This document shows, in pieces, positions 52,301-64,000 of a stretch of DNA of 64,000 nt. Below the pieces are notes generated by a model, which was given only the letters and a program-made list of their open reading frames with translations, ran no database searches and was not told the DNA's origin. The translations under genes and the position numbers were made by a program. Every line of letters starts with the position of its first letter. The first letter of the stretch is position 1. Source of the stretch: Eledone cirrhosa (taxonomy: Eukaryota); the NCBI GenBank assembly GCA_964016885.1, contig OZ024761.1, forward strand, positions 2,108,001 to 2,172,000. Reading direction: 5' to 3'.

Positions 52301-55230
52301 ACTTCCGTCTTAGGAGGTGGTGCGTTAGCAATTCTTTCGACACCTCTTCTAGTGTCCTGAAAACAGACCATTTGCCTATTCTCTAAGTGAACCGTCAGTT
52401 TCTGAACGCTGGGTTTGCGTTCATTGAGATCAAAATCGATCAATCTCCAGCAAGCTTCGCTAGATCCAATCGAGCGAACATCCTGGAACCTGCCAACTTC
52501 ATCTCCTTGGTTTGCTTCCTCATTCCTGACATTGATCATTGCCCGATCATGACCTTTGTAAACATATTTGAATAGATATTTGCAAGCTTTCACTGACCTA
52601 CAAATTTCCACATTAATATGACAACGATATTTCATAATCAAATATGGATTGTATGGCACAACCCATTGATTTGTAACCTGTCGACCGTTTACATTTTCGA
52701 CCAAACTGCCATCTTCAGGCGACCGCCTTCTGTATGAGGGATAAGCATCCCCATCGTTCCAGGAAGTGTTCGTGACAAAAGATTTCGGAAATTGTTTACT
52801 GCATTGGCCATTTTTCATGCAAGGCGCTTTCCGATTTGCCACTCCGCATTGGTTGTGCACCATTAACTTTGCAACCAAGTTGCGTAGTACCTCATTCTCC
52901 GGCAGTTCAGCATACACAACGCTGTCAACATCCTCAGCACATCTCAATTTGCAATCTCTATGTAAAATGATCAGCAAATGTGCATGTGGCAATCCTCTTT
53001 TTTGGAATTCAATTACGTATGTAAAAGCAACTATACCTCCAAAGATTCCCTCTTTTTCCACATCATCCATTATCTTTTTCAGATATCCTTTGAATACTCT
53101 TGCCACAATATCAGGACGGTCCTTTGGCTGTTGTCCTGGCAAAAGTGCATCCTTAATATCAGTCCATTCAGGATTGCATGTAACCGTTATAAACAAATCT
53201 GGCTTTCCAAACTTTCTGACAATAGCCATTGCATCCTGATAGCGAATGTTGATATATCTCGGGCCGCCGATGAACGACGATGGCAAAATGATGCGTCGAC
53301 CAATTTGCTTGTAATTGGCATCATCGGCTGTTATCGCATCCTGTATATTATTATACAATTCAGCTCTGATATGTTGCTGATGTGTAGCTATATAATTTAG
53401 CCTTTGATTTTCGATCTTTGCGAATGCCATACAACAGTATTCCTGGAATAATCTGCTGGCTTGAAATAGTGCATTTCTCTGTTGATTCCTCTCGTTCAAA
53501 TGGAACGCGTAAAAGTCGCGAATCGAATTATTGTGTCTATTGCCGCCTCCCTGTTGATGCTAATTCTCATGATCATCTAAATGAACAGACATGTTCCATC
53601 CATTTTCACTTTTTGGGAATAAAAGAACATAATGCAATGGATTGTATGCCCTATTTGACTCATTGATAATCTTGAGACCACCATCTCTGCGATTGAGGAC
53701 GATATCTCTCGATCCAGGCTTATCGTCCATCAACACAGCAACTTTACGAAATCCTTCAGGGGCATTATATCGCCGTTCGTGTTGATTCCTTGGCACTGCG
53801 TCAGCCTTAATTACCAATGTTTGCTGCTGAACATTTTGCAGTTCAGCCACCAACATGAAATCCATAACATAAGGATTACACTGTCTAAGCCATGATTGCA
53901 AATCACAGATCAAATCACTTAACCTTTGCCGTTCAAGTTCAGTTATATTTCCCGGCAACTTCATCCAACCGATCCTGATATCCTCCTCCGATTCACTATA
54001 ATCTGGATCGTTAACGTAAATTTGAGCCAATCGAAGCCTCTCTCCTGGGGTAACTTCTAAATTACCGATACAATGATACAAAACGGCCTTGAATGACTAC
54101 ATTCGGTTGCCATGCTCCACTCTCAAACATCTCATTAACTCTCTGCAATGCTAAAGCTAATGAATTGTTAATTTGCCGCGAATATTTGCGCAGTAATCTA
54201 CCTCGGTCTCCTTGATCACCCCACATACTTAGTATTTTAAACTCCGGTGACTCCTCATCATCCGGCATTCGCAAGGGTTCTAGTTGAACTGCTCCTTTAT
54301 GACAGCACATTGTGGTCCACGTCTTTTCGTGCCTCCAAAGCAATGCCTCACAATGCTCGTCCACCAATCTGAAAATGACACGGTTGCCATGATCCATTTT
54401 TAATATCATCCGTTTGCCTTCTAGCCTCTTTACTGGAATGAGGAGCACTTTGGCGACACATTCTCTGAACTTCTGTATTGCACTGGCGCTGTTCAGCCAG
54501 CTCCTCTTCATCCATCACAGCACGCCGTTGCTGCTGAATTCTGGCCATCTGCTGATGATGCTCAGCCAGTTCATCTTCAACCATCGCAGCACGCCGTCGC
54601 TGCTTGGCTCCAGCATTTCGTTGGCGTTGTTCAACCAGCTCCTCTTCATTCATGGCGGCACATCTTCACCTCTGAAGTTCGGCGTTCCGATGGCGCTGTT
54701 CGGCCCGTTTTTCTTCATTGCTGGTTGCACGCCATCGCCGCTGTAGTTCACTGTTTGATGATGTCGAATTGCTTTTATTATCAGTATTCATTGTCAAAAA
54801 ATGACAATAATAAATATAAAAGATGTCCATCAATGTAAAAAAAGGTCCCTATTTACTCCCTTCACAACTGTGTATGTTAGACTGACAGACAGGCACACAG
54901 ACAGAAAAACTGTGTGGTGATTGTGGAATGTCACACACATACACACATGGAAACGCGCACACACACGCACACATGTTGATAGTTTTTACTTTCTGTGGAA
55001 CGCTGCACGCACACACACATAAACATATGCGCACGTACATACACACGCACACATGTTAATAGTTATTGAACATAGCGTTCACACTCTCCCCTCTCACTCC
55101 CTCATTGGCATTATGCATATTAATTTAAGTTTGGTGTCGTTGAGGTGGGCGGAGTCGTTTGAAACCTATGAACCAATGATAATCGAGAATTATGATACAC
55201 GGAATAATGACATTGTTGAAATTAATATAT
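49352..55230 (-). mobile_element. Autonomous-type Helitron, decayed
   Basis: 3' hairpin cccgggcgaagctggg plus CTAG at 49352-49379; Rep/helicase ORFs; 5' end near 55230. Confidence 0.88.
50263..54750 (-). pseudogene. Helitron RepHel transposase (HUH Rep plus PIF1-like SF1 helicase), frameshifted
   Basis: PDLFITVTCNP, YVIEFQKRGLPHAH, KYLFKYVYKGHD, FIDAP (Walker A broken), QFPVNLAFSMTVNKAQGQT, HGQLYVAASRV. N-terminal charged repeats EELxEQRQ. Confidence 0.93.
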
Positions 55231-55375
55231 ATATATATATATATATATATACTATATATCTATATATATACACTATACTAAATACAGTTTCAGAGGATCC
55301 ATCGATTCTTTGCTTAAACTTTAATCTGTTATTTAATAAATGTATAATATATACTATACATATATATACTATATA

Positions 55376-56030
55376 TCATCATCATCATCATCATCATTTT
55401 ACGTCCGCTTTTCCCTGCTTGCCAGGGTGGGACGGGTCTTATTCAGCACAGCATCTCTCCACTTGTCATGGTCTTTCGTCATCTCCACCGTGAGCTTCAG
55501 CAATCTAAGGTCTGTTCTCACCACCTCCACCCACGTTTTTCGTGGTCTACCTCTACCACGTCTTCCTTCAACTGGCATTTCCTGGCACTCCTTTACCCAT
55601 CGGTCATCCTCCATGCGCATCACATGCCCATACCACCACAGTCTCCTCTCTCGCACACTACATTCTATCCCTCTCAGACACAGTTTCTCTCTCAACACAT
55701 CCATACTGGGTCGTTCACGCACATTGACATTGCACATCCAACGGAGCATGCTTGCCTCATTTCTCTCCAGCCGTCGCATATCCTCTGCAGTTGCTGCCCA
55801 TGTCTCACTACCATGCAGCATTGCGCTCCTCACACAGGCATCTTATAACCGGCCTTTCGTACGCAGGGAGAAACCCTTCTTCGACAGCAGAGGAAGCAGC
55901 TCCCTAAACTTCTTCCAACCCATTCTTATTCTAGATACTATGGCCTCATAACACTCCCCTCCTATGCTAATCTGATCTCCTAGGTACCGGAAGCTATCCA
56001 CCACTTCTATAGCACCCGCCTGCATTTGAA
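55376..56030 (-). mobile_element. RTE subfamily B, 5'-truncated
   Basis: VVDSFRYLGD...MLHGSETW...GRGRPRKTW; tail ggacgtaaaa(tga)n. Confidence 0.93.
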
Positions 56031-56047
56031 ATATGTGTCTATCAATA

Positions 56048-58425
56048 CGACTTCAAGTGGCCAGGAGGGAAGCTAGGAGACAAGTGTACTTCGCAAGAAG
56101 GGAAGCAGAGGAAAGAAAGTTCAAGCATGTTCTACAACGCGAGGACCAAAAACGTGAGGTATTCAGGATTGCTAGGCAATGTGTCAAGGAAAACCATGAT
56201 ATTGTCGGGGAGAAGTGTGTACTTAATGATGACGGCGTACTTGCCATCACCGACGCTGATAAGAAGGTAGCTTGGAAGTGTCACTATGAAAGGCTACTAA
56301 ATGAGGAGAATAAATGGGAGAAAGACAGTCTCCCCCACATCGACCCAATAGAGGGACCAGCAGTGTTAGTCGAGGGTAGTATAATAAGTAAGGCAATCAA
56401 GGATATGAAGACGGGTAAGGCGGCTGGGCCTTCGGAAATAGTTGCTGAGATGCTGAAGGCATCTTGTACGGTGGGACACACCATGGTCACCCGGATAGTT
56501 AACCAAGTCGTACAGAATGGGGTTGTTCAGAAGAACTGGCGTAGCAGCATCATCGTTAACTGTTATAAGGGTAAAGGAGATGCCCTAGATAGGAGTAACT
56601 ATAGAGGCATTAAATTAATCGACCAGGTCATGAAGGTCACGGAAAAAGTAATAGCGCAACTAATCAGAGAGAGAATTGATCTAGATGAAATGCAGTTCGG
56701 GTTTGTGTCAGGCAAAAGTACCACAGACGCTCTTTTCATTGTACGACAACTACAGGAGCAGTACCTAACTTAAAGTAAACCCCTATACTTAGATTTTGTC
56801 GACTTGGAGAAAGCCTTCGACAGAGTCCCCCGTTCCATTATCTGGTGGGCTCTTAGAGAACTAGGTGTTGACGAATGGCTTGTGAGAGCTATACAAGCCA
56901 TGTATAAAGAAACAGTCAGCAAGGTTAGAATTAACAACGAATATAGTGAAGAGTTTAGCGTAAAAGTTGGCGTCCATCAGGGCTCTGTTCTCAGCCCCCT
57001 ACTATTTATTATTGCCCTTCAGGCTATAACAGAGGAGTTCAAGACCGGCTGCCCATGGGAACTCCTATACGCAGATGACCTAACACTCATAGCTGAATCA
57101 ATGGCCGAGCTAGAGAAGAAATTCCAAACATGGAAGCACGGCCTAGAATCAAAAGGCCTTAAAATTAACCTGGCTAAGACCAAAGTTCTAGTTTGTAGGA
57201 AAGAAAATAAGGCGGCGGTCCCTTCCGGGAAGTGGCCATGCTCAGTGTGTAGGAAAGGCGTAGGTAGAAACTCCATTTTGTGTCCCAAATGCAAAGTATG
57301 GGTGCATAAAAGATGTAGTGGGATCACAGGTAAGCTAACTAAGAACATAGATTTTACATGTGGTCGGTGCTCTGGTGCAATAAGTAGCAGCAAGTGCCCA
57401 CAAAATACTAGCTCTTTCAACTGCGCAGAGGGCTCTATAGAAATAGTGGACAGCTTCCGTTACCTGGGTGACAAAATCAGCAGTGGGGGAGGGTGCTCTG
57501 AAAGTACAGTAGCTAGAGTCAGAACTGGATGGAAAAAGTTCAGAGAGCTTATACCACTATTAGCCGCTAAAGGGTTCTCCCTAAAAATGAAAGGCAGGTT
57601 GTATGATGCCTGCATACGAACAGCAATGTTGCATGGCAGTGAGACCTGGGCATTGTGTGCAGAGGATATACGCAGACTAGAGAGGAACGAAGCTTGCATG
57701 CTCCGTTGGATGTGTAATAGTAATATACGTGAACGGCAAAGCATAAACAAACTAAGGAAAAAATTAGAAATAAGAGGGATCAGATGTTGTTTACTCGAGA
57801 GAAGGCTACGTTGGTATGGTCACGTGATGTGCATGAAAGACGATAGCTGTATAACAAAGTGCAGGGCAATAAAGATAGACGGTAACCACGGAATAGGCAG
57901 ACCCAGAAAAACCTGGGACGAGCTGATAAATTCCGACCTCACCACACTTACACCTCTCCAAGACAATGTCATTGGACCGAGACCTTTTGCGGTACTCAGT
58001 AATAGAGAAGACCCACCTTACCTAAATACAAAGTAAAACCTACTACAGTAAGTAGGCATCTCTAACAAAATACACCCCCGTCCCACTACCCCCACCCCAT
58101 CCACACCACCCCTTTCAATGTAAAGTTATGTTGGTGCCACAACATCCAGGCCGAAACAAATGAGATCGTGTAGGTGTCACGACAAAAGAACACACAGTCC
58201 ACGCTGTAATGTGGCCGTGTAGGCAACACGGTAAAAACCTCCCAGCCCCACACTGTAAATGTGGTTGGTGTTAGGAAGGGCATCCAGCTGTAGAAAACCC
58301 GCCAGACAGTCCTATGCGAGCAAGACAATCACTCTTGCCTCAAGTGGGAAAGCCCCCGTCCAAACCCATGCAAGCGTGGAACACGGACTTTAAACGTTAA
58401 TGATGATGATGATGATGATGATGAT
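56048..58425 (+). mobile_element. RTE subfamily A LINE, RT domain to 3' end (5'-truncated, in-frame stop at 56771-56773)
   Basis: [60 protein letters not shown] insert, FRYLG; about 400-bp 3'UTR and (tga)n. Confidence 0.96.
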
Positions 58426-58429
58426 ATAT

Positions 58430-59895
58430 ACTTAAGGTAAACATTGATGCAATTCATTTCAAGCACTCAACGTACTTATTCCACATAGGAGTGACGGAGT
58501 ATATATAGAATAAGAAAAAGTGAAGTAGTTTCAGATGTTAAAGTCCTTTAATGATAATGCTGTGATACATATTTCAATGGCGACAGTCGCCACACGGTTC
58601 CGTGTGCCAGTGTCAATTTGTCCATATATAGATTTGTTATTAGGTGAATTGAATTGCATCAATGTTTACCTTAAGAATTGAGCTTCAAGACGTTGAGCGC
58701 TCTATGGTGTAACCGATATAGTGAAGAGAGGAACCAGCCACCAGCTACACCCGGAAATTCCCTCTACCATGGGGATGGAAATCCCTGATACTGGATGGAC
58801 ATAAAATTATAAACTAACTTTCGGCAGGATAAATACGCGGAAACAAAAACAACAATAAGCCCCTATTTTCCTGCAGCAAATTGCATTTGAACAGAAGGCT
58901 CCTCAATTCACCTGATAACAAATCTATATATGGACAAATTGACAATCATATTAATCATGTATCTCTTATCTCATTTTGCATATATGTATTGTATGTATTT
59001 TTTGTATTTTTGGGGGGTACTTTTTGGGGTATTTTTTATGTATTTTATATCTGTATTTTGGGGGGGTTTTGTTCCATGTGATAGAGATATTAACTATGTA
59101 TTCGCCTAACTACTACGCTTCATACTGTAATTTACCCTCCGTTCTACTGTACGGTACTATCGTTCACTAATATATCTGTAACATAGATCCCCCTTTCAAA
59201 ATTTCTTACTTAAACATCTCCCTACTTATTAGTTAGTATATGTGCATATATTTTTTTACTCACTTCAATCTGGATTCTCACTTGTCATTTTTTTAATTTT
59301 TGATTACTGATTTTTGATTTTTAATTTTAATTTCCACCTCTCATTCATAACTTCCACTGTGAAACCATAATACCTAGAATTAAGTATATTTTCTCTTAGA
59401 GGTTGATGGTCAATTCTACTGTCCATGCTTAATTTCGGGTAGTATTGAAACCTATTGATACTCATACTCACCCAACCCCACTAGCTTTCGGCTGACTGCC
59501 ACTGGTGGGGTGGCTAGCAGTAAGCTATATATTACTGGCCTGAATAGGGTCAGTGTTTGGTTGAGAGGGGGAACTGCCTAGGCGAATTTCGTAGAACTCT
59601 GTGGTAGTTGATGGTCAACTTCCTTCGGACCTGCGCCTGCGCAGACCGGTGGGGGTGAATTGGTACTCACAAGTGAACAGGCAAAGGACCCAAGGGCACA
59701 CGCTTTGTCTGTTCCCATGTCGATTCAATTTCGATTGTCTCGGAAACATAACCTTATTATGTAACAAGCTGTCTGACGATGTCGCGACACTGGCGCACGG
59801 AACAGTGTGGCCACTGTCGCCATTGAAATATGTATCACAGCATTATCATTGAAGGACTTTAACATCTGAAACTACTTTGCTTTTTCTTATTCTAT
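58430..59895 (+). mobile_element. PLE-derived element with inverted terminal segment and hammerhead
   Basis: 58500-58614 is inverted relative to 59785-59898. HHR gctgt-CTGACGA-tgtcgcgaca...tgtcgccatt-GAAA-tatgta-TC-acagc at 59768-59841. Confidence 0.7.
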
Positions 59896-59991
59896 ATATA
59901 TATGTATATTTATAGTATATATATACAGTATATTAGTATATATATATATATATATATATGTATATTTATAGTATATATATACAGTATATTA

Positions 59992-60038
<47 letters not shown>

Positions 60039-60215
60039 CTATATATATATATATACAGTATATTAGTATATATATATACAGTATATTAGTATATATATAT
60101 ACTATATACACTATATATATATAAATATAAACTATATATATATAAATATAAACTATATATATATATATATAAACTATATATATATATATATAAACTATAT
60201 ATATATATATATATA

Positions 60216-60263
<48 letters not shown>

Positions 60264-60345
60264 TATATCTATATATATATATGTATAACATATATATGTA
60301 TAGTATATATATATATGTGTGTACTATATATATATATATATATAG
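59893..60345. repeat. (TA)n-derived microsatellite
   Basis: Seen directly in the sequence. Confidence 0.95.
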
Positions 60346-60442
60346 TTTAATAAATGAACAGAGAACAAAAAACAGAGAAGCAGTACAAATGATATTAGTA
60401 TTAGTTTCACTATATATTTACATAATAAACAACACAATATAA

Positions 60443-60518
60443 TTATTCTATTACCAAAGGTTTCAGGAAACCAAACGATTCTTACAGAAACGTCTGGTGC
60501 GCTCATCAGATGAAATAG
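60443..60518 (-). ncRNA. Hammerhead ribozyme motif
   Basis: Minus strand tatttcat-CTGATGA-gcgcaccagacg...cgtttggtttcct-GAAA-cctttgg-TA-atagaata. Confidence 0.65.
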
Positions 60519-60714
60519 TTATGTTTCGGATATATTTGAAATTAAAATCTATTAAAAATGAATGTGAATCTGAGTTAAAATATATATATAGGTACTCACA
60601 CACATTCAGATATACATACATGCACATAAGTTCTGTACTATACATAGAGCACCCTTCTTTCCTTTACCTTTTTTACGGAAATACTACACACACACACATA
60701 TATATATATATATA

Positions 60715-61130
60715 TTGTTATACTTTGGGAGCGTCATGTTGCCAATAAGAAACACACGCACCAGTTGCTTTCACTCCAATTTATTATAAATTAAATTATA
60801 AATTTTTAAAAATTTATAAATTTCCGGTTGGTTGGCTGGTTCCACAACCGGACGGTTGTTCATATATTGTCAAAGTTCTTTCGTCACACATTCTGTGACC
60901 TCATCAGTGACCGGGGATTCTTTTCTTTGTTTTGTGCCTCTCCTTTGTTCTGTCTTATGCCATCTTGTTTTTTAAATTTATAATTTAATTTATAATAAAT
61001 TGGAGTGAAAGCAACTGGTGCGTGTGTTTCTTATTGGCAACATGACCCTCCCAAAGTATAACAATATCGGTTTCAACACACGTTTTCAGATAAAGAATCT
61101 TGCTAAACAAATTCAGAAACAAAATATATA
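60715..61130 (-). mobile_element. PLE mini-element with inverted arms and hammerhead (60869-60911)
   Basis: Arms about 60715-60803 and 60973-61065. Minus strand gtca-CTGATGA-g-gtcaca-gaatg-tgtgac-GAAA-gaac-TT-tgac. Confidence 0.72.
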
Positions 61131-61627
61131 TATATACTCTTTTACTCTTTTACCTGTTTCAGCCATCATGCTGGGGCACCTCCATATATATATATATATA
61201 CAAATATAAATTAGCGAGAATCGTATTTCGGCCTACGAAATAACGAAAAACAACTTCCGAGATGTGTGGCAAGTGCTCAATGATTCAGATAAACCAGAGC
61301 TACAACATACATTAAAGGCCAAACACACTGAGACAATGGTTAAACAATCATCCGCACAGCCAAATAAAACGACCAAGTAATTCGAGTCAAACAAATAGAA
61401 ATATATGTGATTGAAAATTTACCCGGACCTCTGGATGGTTGGTAAAATCCAGCATTTGGGTTTCTGCGACTTATAAATCAAGTACAGTCCGCTTACATAA
61501 ATAATGTTAGGCTTCTGGTAAGATGATTGAACAAGGAAGCCACTTTTTCAACAGGTTTTAGTTCAATGCTAATTTAAGGAATGACTGTTACTGACCCCAC
61601 GTGGGGTTCGGCAAGGGAGGCAACCCT

Positions 61628-61658
<31 letters not shown>

Positions 61659-61901
61659 TATATATATACATATATATATAGTACACACATTGAGCCATCA
61701 ACACAATGTGGAATTCTGAAAAGTCAGTCACCTGAAAGAGATAGACGTAATTACGTCTGTGAAACCGCAGGAAATGTCAAACTTAACATAAACACAACAC
61801 ACACATTCATGCACATAATCTCTGTACTATACACAGAGCACTCTTCTTTCCTTTACCTTTTCTACGGAAAAACTACACACACACACACACACACACACAC
61901 A

Positions 61902-62681
61902 ATCATCATCATCGTTTAACGTCCATCTTCCACGCTTGCATGGGTTTGGACGGGGGTTTTCCCACTTGAGGCAAGATTGGTTGTCTTGCTCGTATAGGAC
62001 TGTCTGGCGGGTTTTCTACGGCTGGATGCCCTTCCTAACACCAACCATGTTTACAGTGTGGACTGGGAGGTTTTTACCGTGTTACCTACACGGCCACATT
62101 ACAGCGTGGACTGTGTGTTTTTTTAGTCGTGACACCTACACGACCTCATTTGTTTCAGACTGGATGTTGTGGTACCAACATAACTTCACATTGAAGGGGG
62201 TGGTGTGGATGGGGTGGGGGTAGTTGGACAGGGGTGTATTTTTGTTAGAGGTGCCTACTTACTGTAGGTTTCGCTTTGTACTTAGGCAAGGCGGGTCTTC
62301 TGTATGACTGTGTAGCGCCAAAGATCTCGGTCCAGTAACATTGTCTTGGAGAGCTGTAAGTGTGTGAGGTCGGAATTTATCAAGTCGTCCCAGGTTTTTC
62401 TGGGTCTGCCTACTCCGTGGCTATTTTTATCGCCCTGCACTTTTTTATACAGCTGTCGTCTTTCATGCACATCACATGACCGCACCAACGTAGTCTTCTC
62501 TCGAGTAAACAACATCTGATCTCTCTTATTCCTAATTTCTCCCTTAGTTTGTTTATGCTTTGCCGTTCACGTATATTACTATTACACATCCAGCAGAGCA
62601 TGCATGCTTCGTTCCTCTCCAGTCTGCGTATATCCTCTGCACACAATGCCCAGGTCTCACTGCCATGTAACATTGCTGTTC

Positions 62682-62683
<2 letters not shown>
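61902..62683 (-). mobile_element. RTE subfamily A, 5'-truncated
   Basis: RTAMLHGSETWALCAEDIRRLERNE..., with full 3'UTR. Confidence 0.93.
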
Positions 62684-62726
<43 letters not shown>

Positions 62727-62845
62727 TATTCACATATATATATATATATTCATTAGTTAAGGAAAACAAGACCACAAATTTCACAAGGAAGACATTATTA
62801 AAAGATTGTCAACATAGTTTTAGTTTAATGTAAGGAATGTAAAGA

Positions 62846-63315
62846 ATAATAATAATAATAATAATTGTTTCTACTTTAGGCACAAGGCTAGCAATTATCC
62901 AGTGCATTACTGGTACTTTATTTTATCGACCCCGTAAGGATGAAAAGCAAAGTCAACCTCGGCGGGATTTGAACTCAGATCGTAAAGGGACGTAACTATG
63001 ATGGAAAGCATGGCGTCCGACCCTCTACCGATACTGCCAATCCACCGCTTTTATGTCTGTTTACACTTGTTTCGCTACTCCATATAATGTTTCTGGATAA
63101 AATGATTATAGATCATTATTGATCTGGTGGTGGATTGGCAGTATCGGTAGAGGGTCGGACGTTATGCTTTCCAACATAGTTATGTCCCTTTACGATCTGA
63201 GTTCAAATCCCGCCGAGGTTGACTTTGCCTTTCATCCTTACGAGGTCGATAAAATAAAGTACCAGTAATGCACTGGATAATTGCTGGCCTTGTGCCTAAA
63301 GTAGAAACAATTATT
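62846..63315. mobile_element. Head-to-head pair of Meta-like tRNA SINEs (-: 62864-63046; +: 63129-63314)
   Basis: Near-identical copies in inverted orientation. The plus copy is flanked by the TSD attattgatctggt. Confidence 0.88.
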
Positions 63316-63760
63316 GATCTGGTTCAGTTGAAGATAATTAACTTAGGTACAATTAGAGCAGCTCATTGGAACTTCAAAAGGAATATAAATTAAAATAAAG
63401 AAAGAATGTTACATGAATGTAATGTTTCATATATTGGTATTTCACTATGGTGTCCTGGGTATATCTATTGTCTGCCATAGTCGAGCAGTATTCTTCTGTC
63501 GAGGCTGCATTATGTGACAATCTTTTAATAATGTCTTCCTTGTGAAATTTGTGGCCTTGTTTTGCTTAACTAATGAATATTTCCAGCTCTGTGCACCTAA
63601 CCTCTGCATGAACCCAGCCACCTAGCTGCCTTCCACTGCATATTGCACATTGAGCACATGCCTTTACGCTTTGGCTTCTAACTAATTCACCAATCTCTCT
63701 TCTCCTCTCCTATCTCCTCTCCTATCTCCATCTCTCTCTTTAAGATTGGTTACTCTTGAC

Positions 63761-63814
<54 letters not shown>

Positions 63815-63832
63815 GAACTCACAACCTTTCCA

Positions 63833-64000
63833 TTGGCCTTGCAATCGAAAGGTTGTGAGTTCAATTCTCAGACCGGGTGATGTGTTGTTTCCTTGAGCAA
63901 GACACTTTATTTCACATTGCTCCAGTTTACTCAGCTGTAGAAATGAGATGATAGGGACTGGGGTCCCTATCATTCCACTGCAAAGTGGTCGTGGAGGTGC
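63833..64000 (+). mobile_element. CORE-like SINE running off the window end
   Basis: Matches 42310-42477. A short inverted duplication of its head lies at 63811-63830. Confidence 0.85.

Noticed and set aside
55340-57750. Antisense ORFs over RTE copies
   Set aside because: Shadow frames of the LINE coding strand.

Overview
Very repeat-dense, AT-rich eukaryotic DNA. The repeat repertoire suggests a cephalopod (Octopus-like) genome; this is an inference. No intact host gene, rRNA, true tRNA gene or CRISPR array can be supported. The window is a mosaic of (TA)n microsatellites and mobile elements: many 5'-truncated RTE-clade LINEs of at least two subfamilies, a decayed Rep/PIF1 Helitron plus non-autonomous Helitrons, a DD37D (maT) Tc1/mariner transposon, Tx1/L1 fragments, tRNA-derived SINEs, MITEs and Penelope-like (PLE) remnants. 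It also holds a 6.3-kb 59-bp satellite and a 43-bp minisatellite. The most interesting signals are: (1) a complete C4HC3 PHD-type zinc finger inserted inside the RTE reverse transcriptase and retained in divergent copies; (2) roughly 20 minimal type I hammerhead-ribozyme motifs in PLE-derived, often fold-back mini-elements, including a U3-A8 core variant; (3) a Helitron CTAG|TC head-to-tail junction; (4) a candidate HDV-like ribozyme in a bipartite RTE-derived element; and (5) long spacer-free palindromes. All structures and alignments were read by eye.
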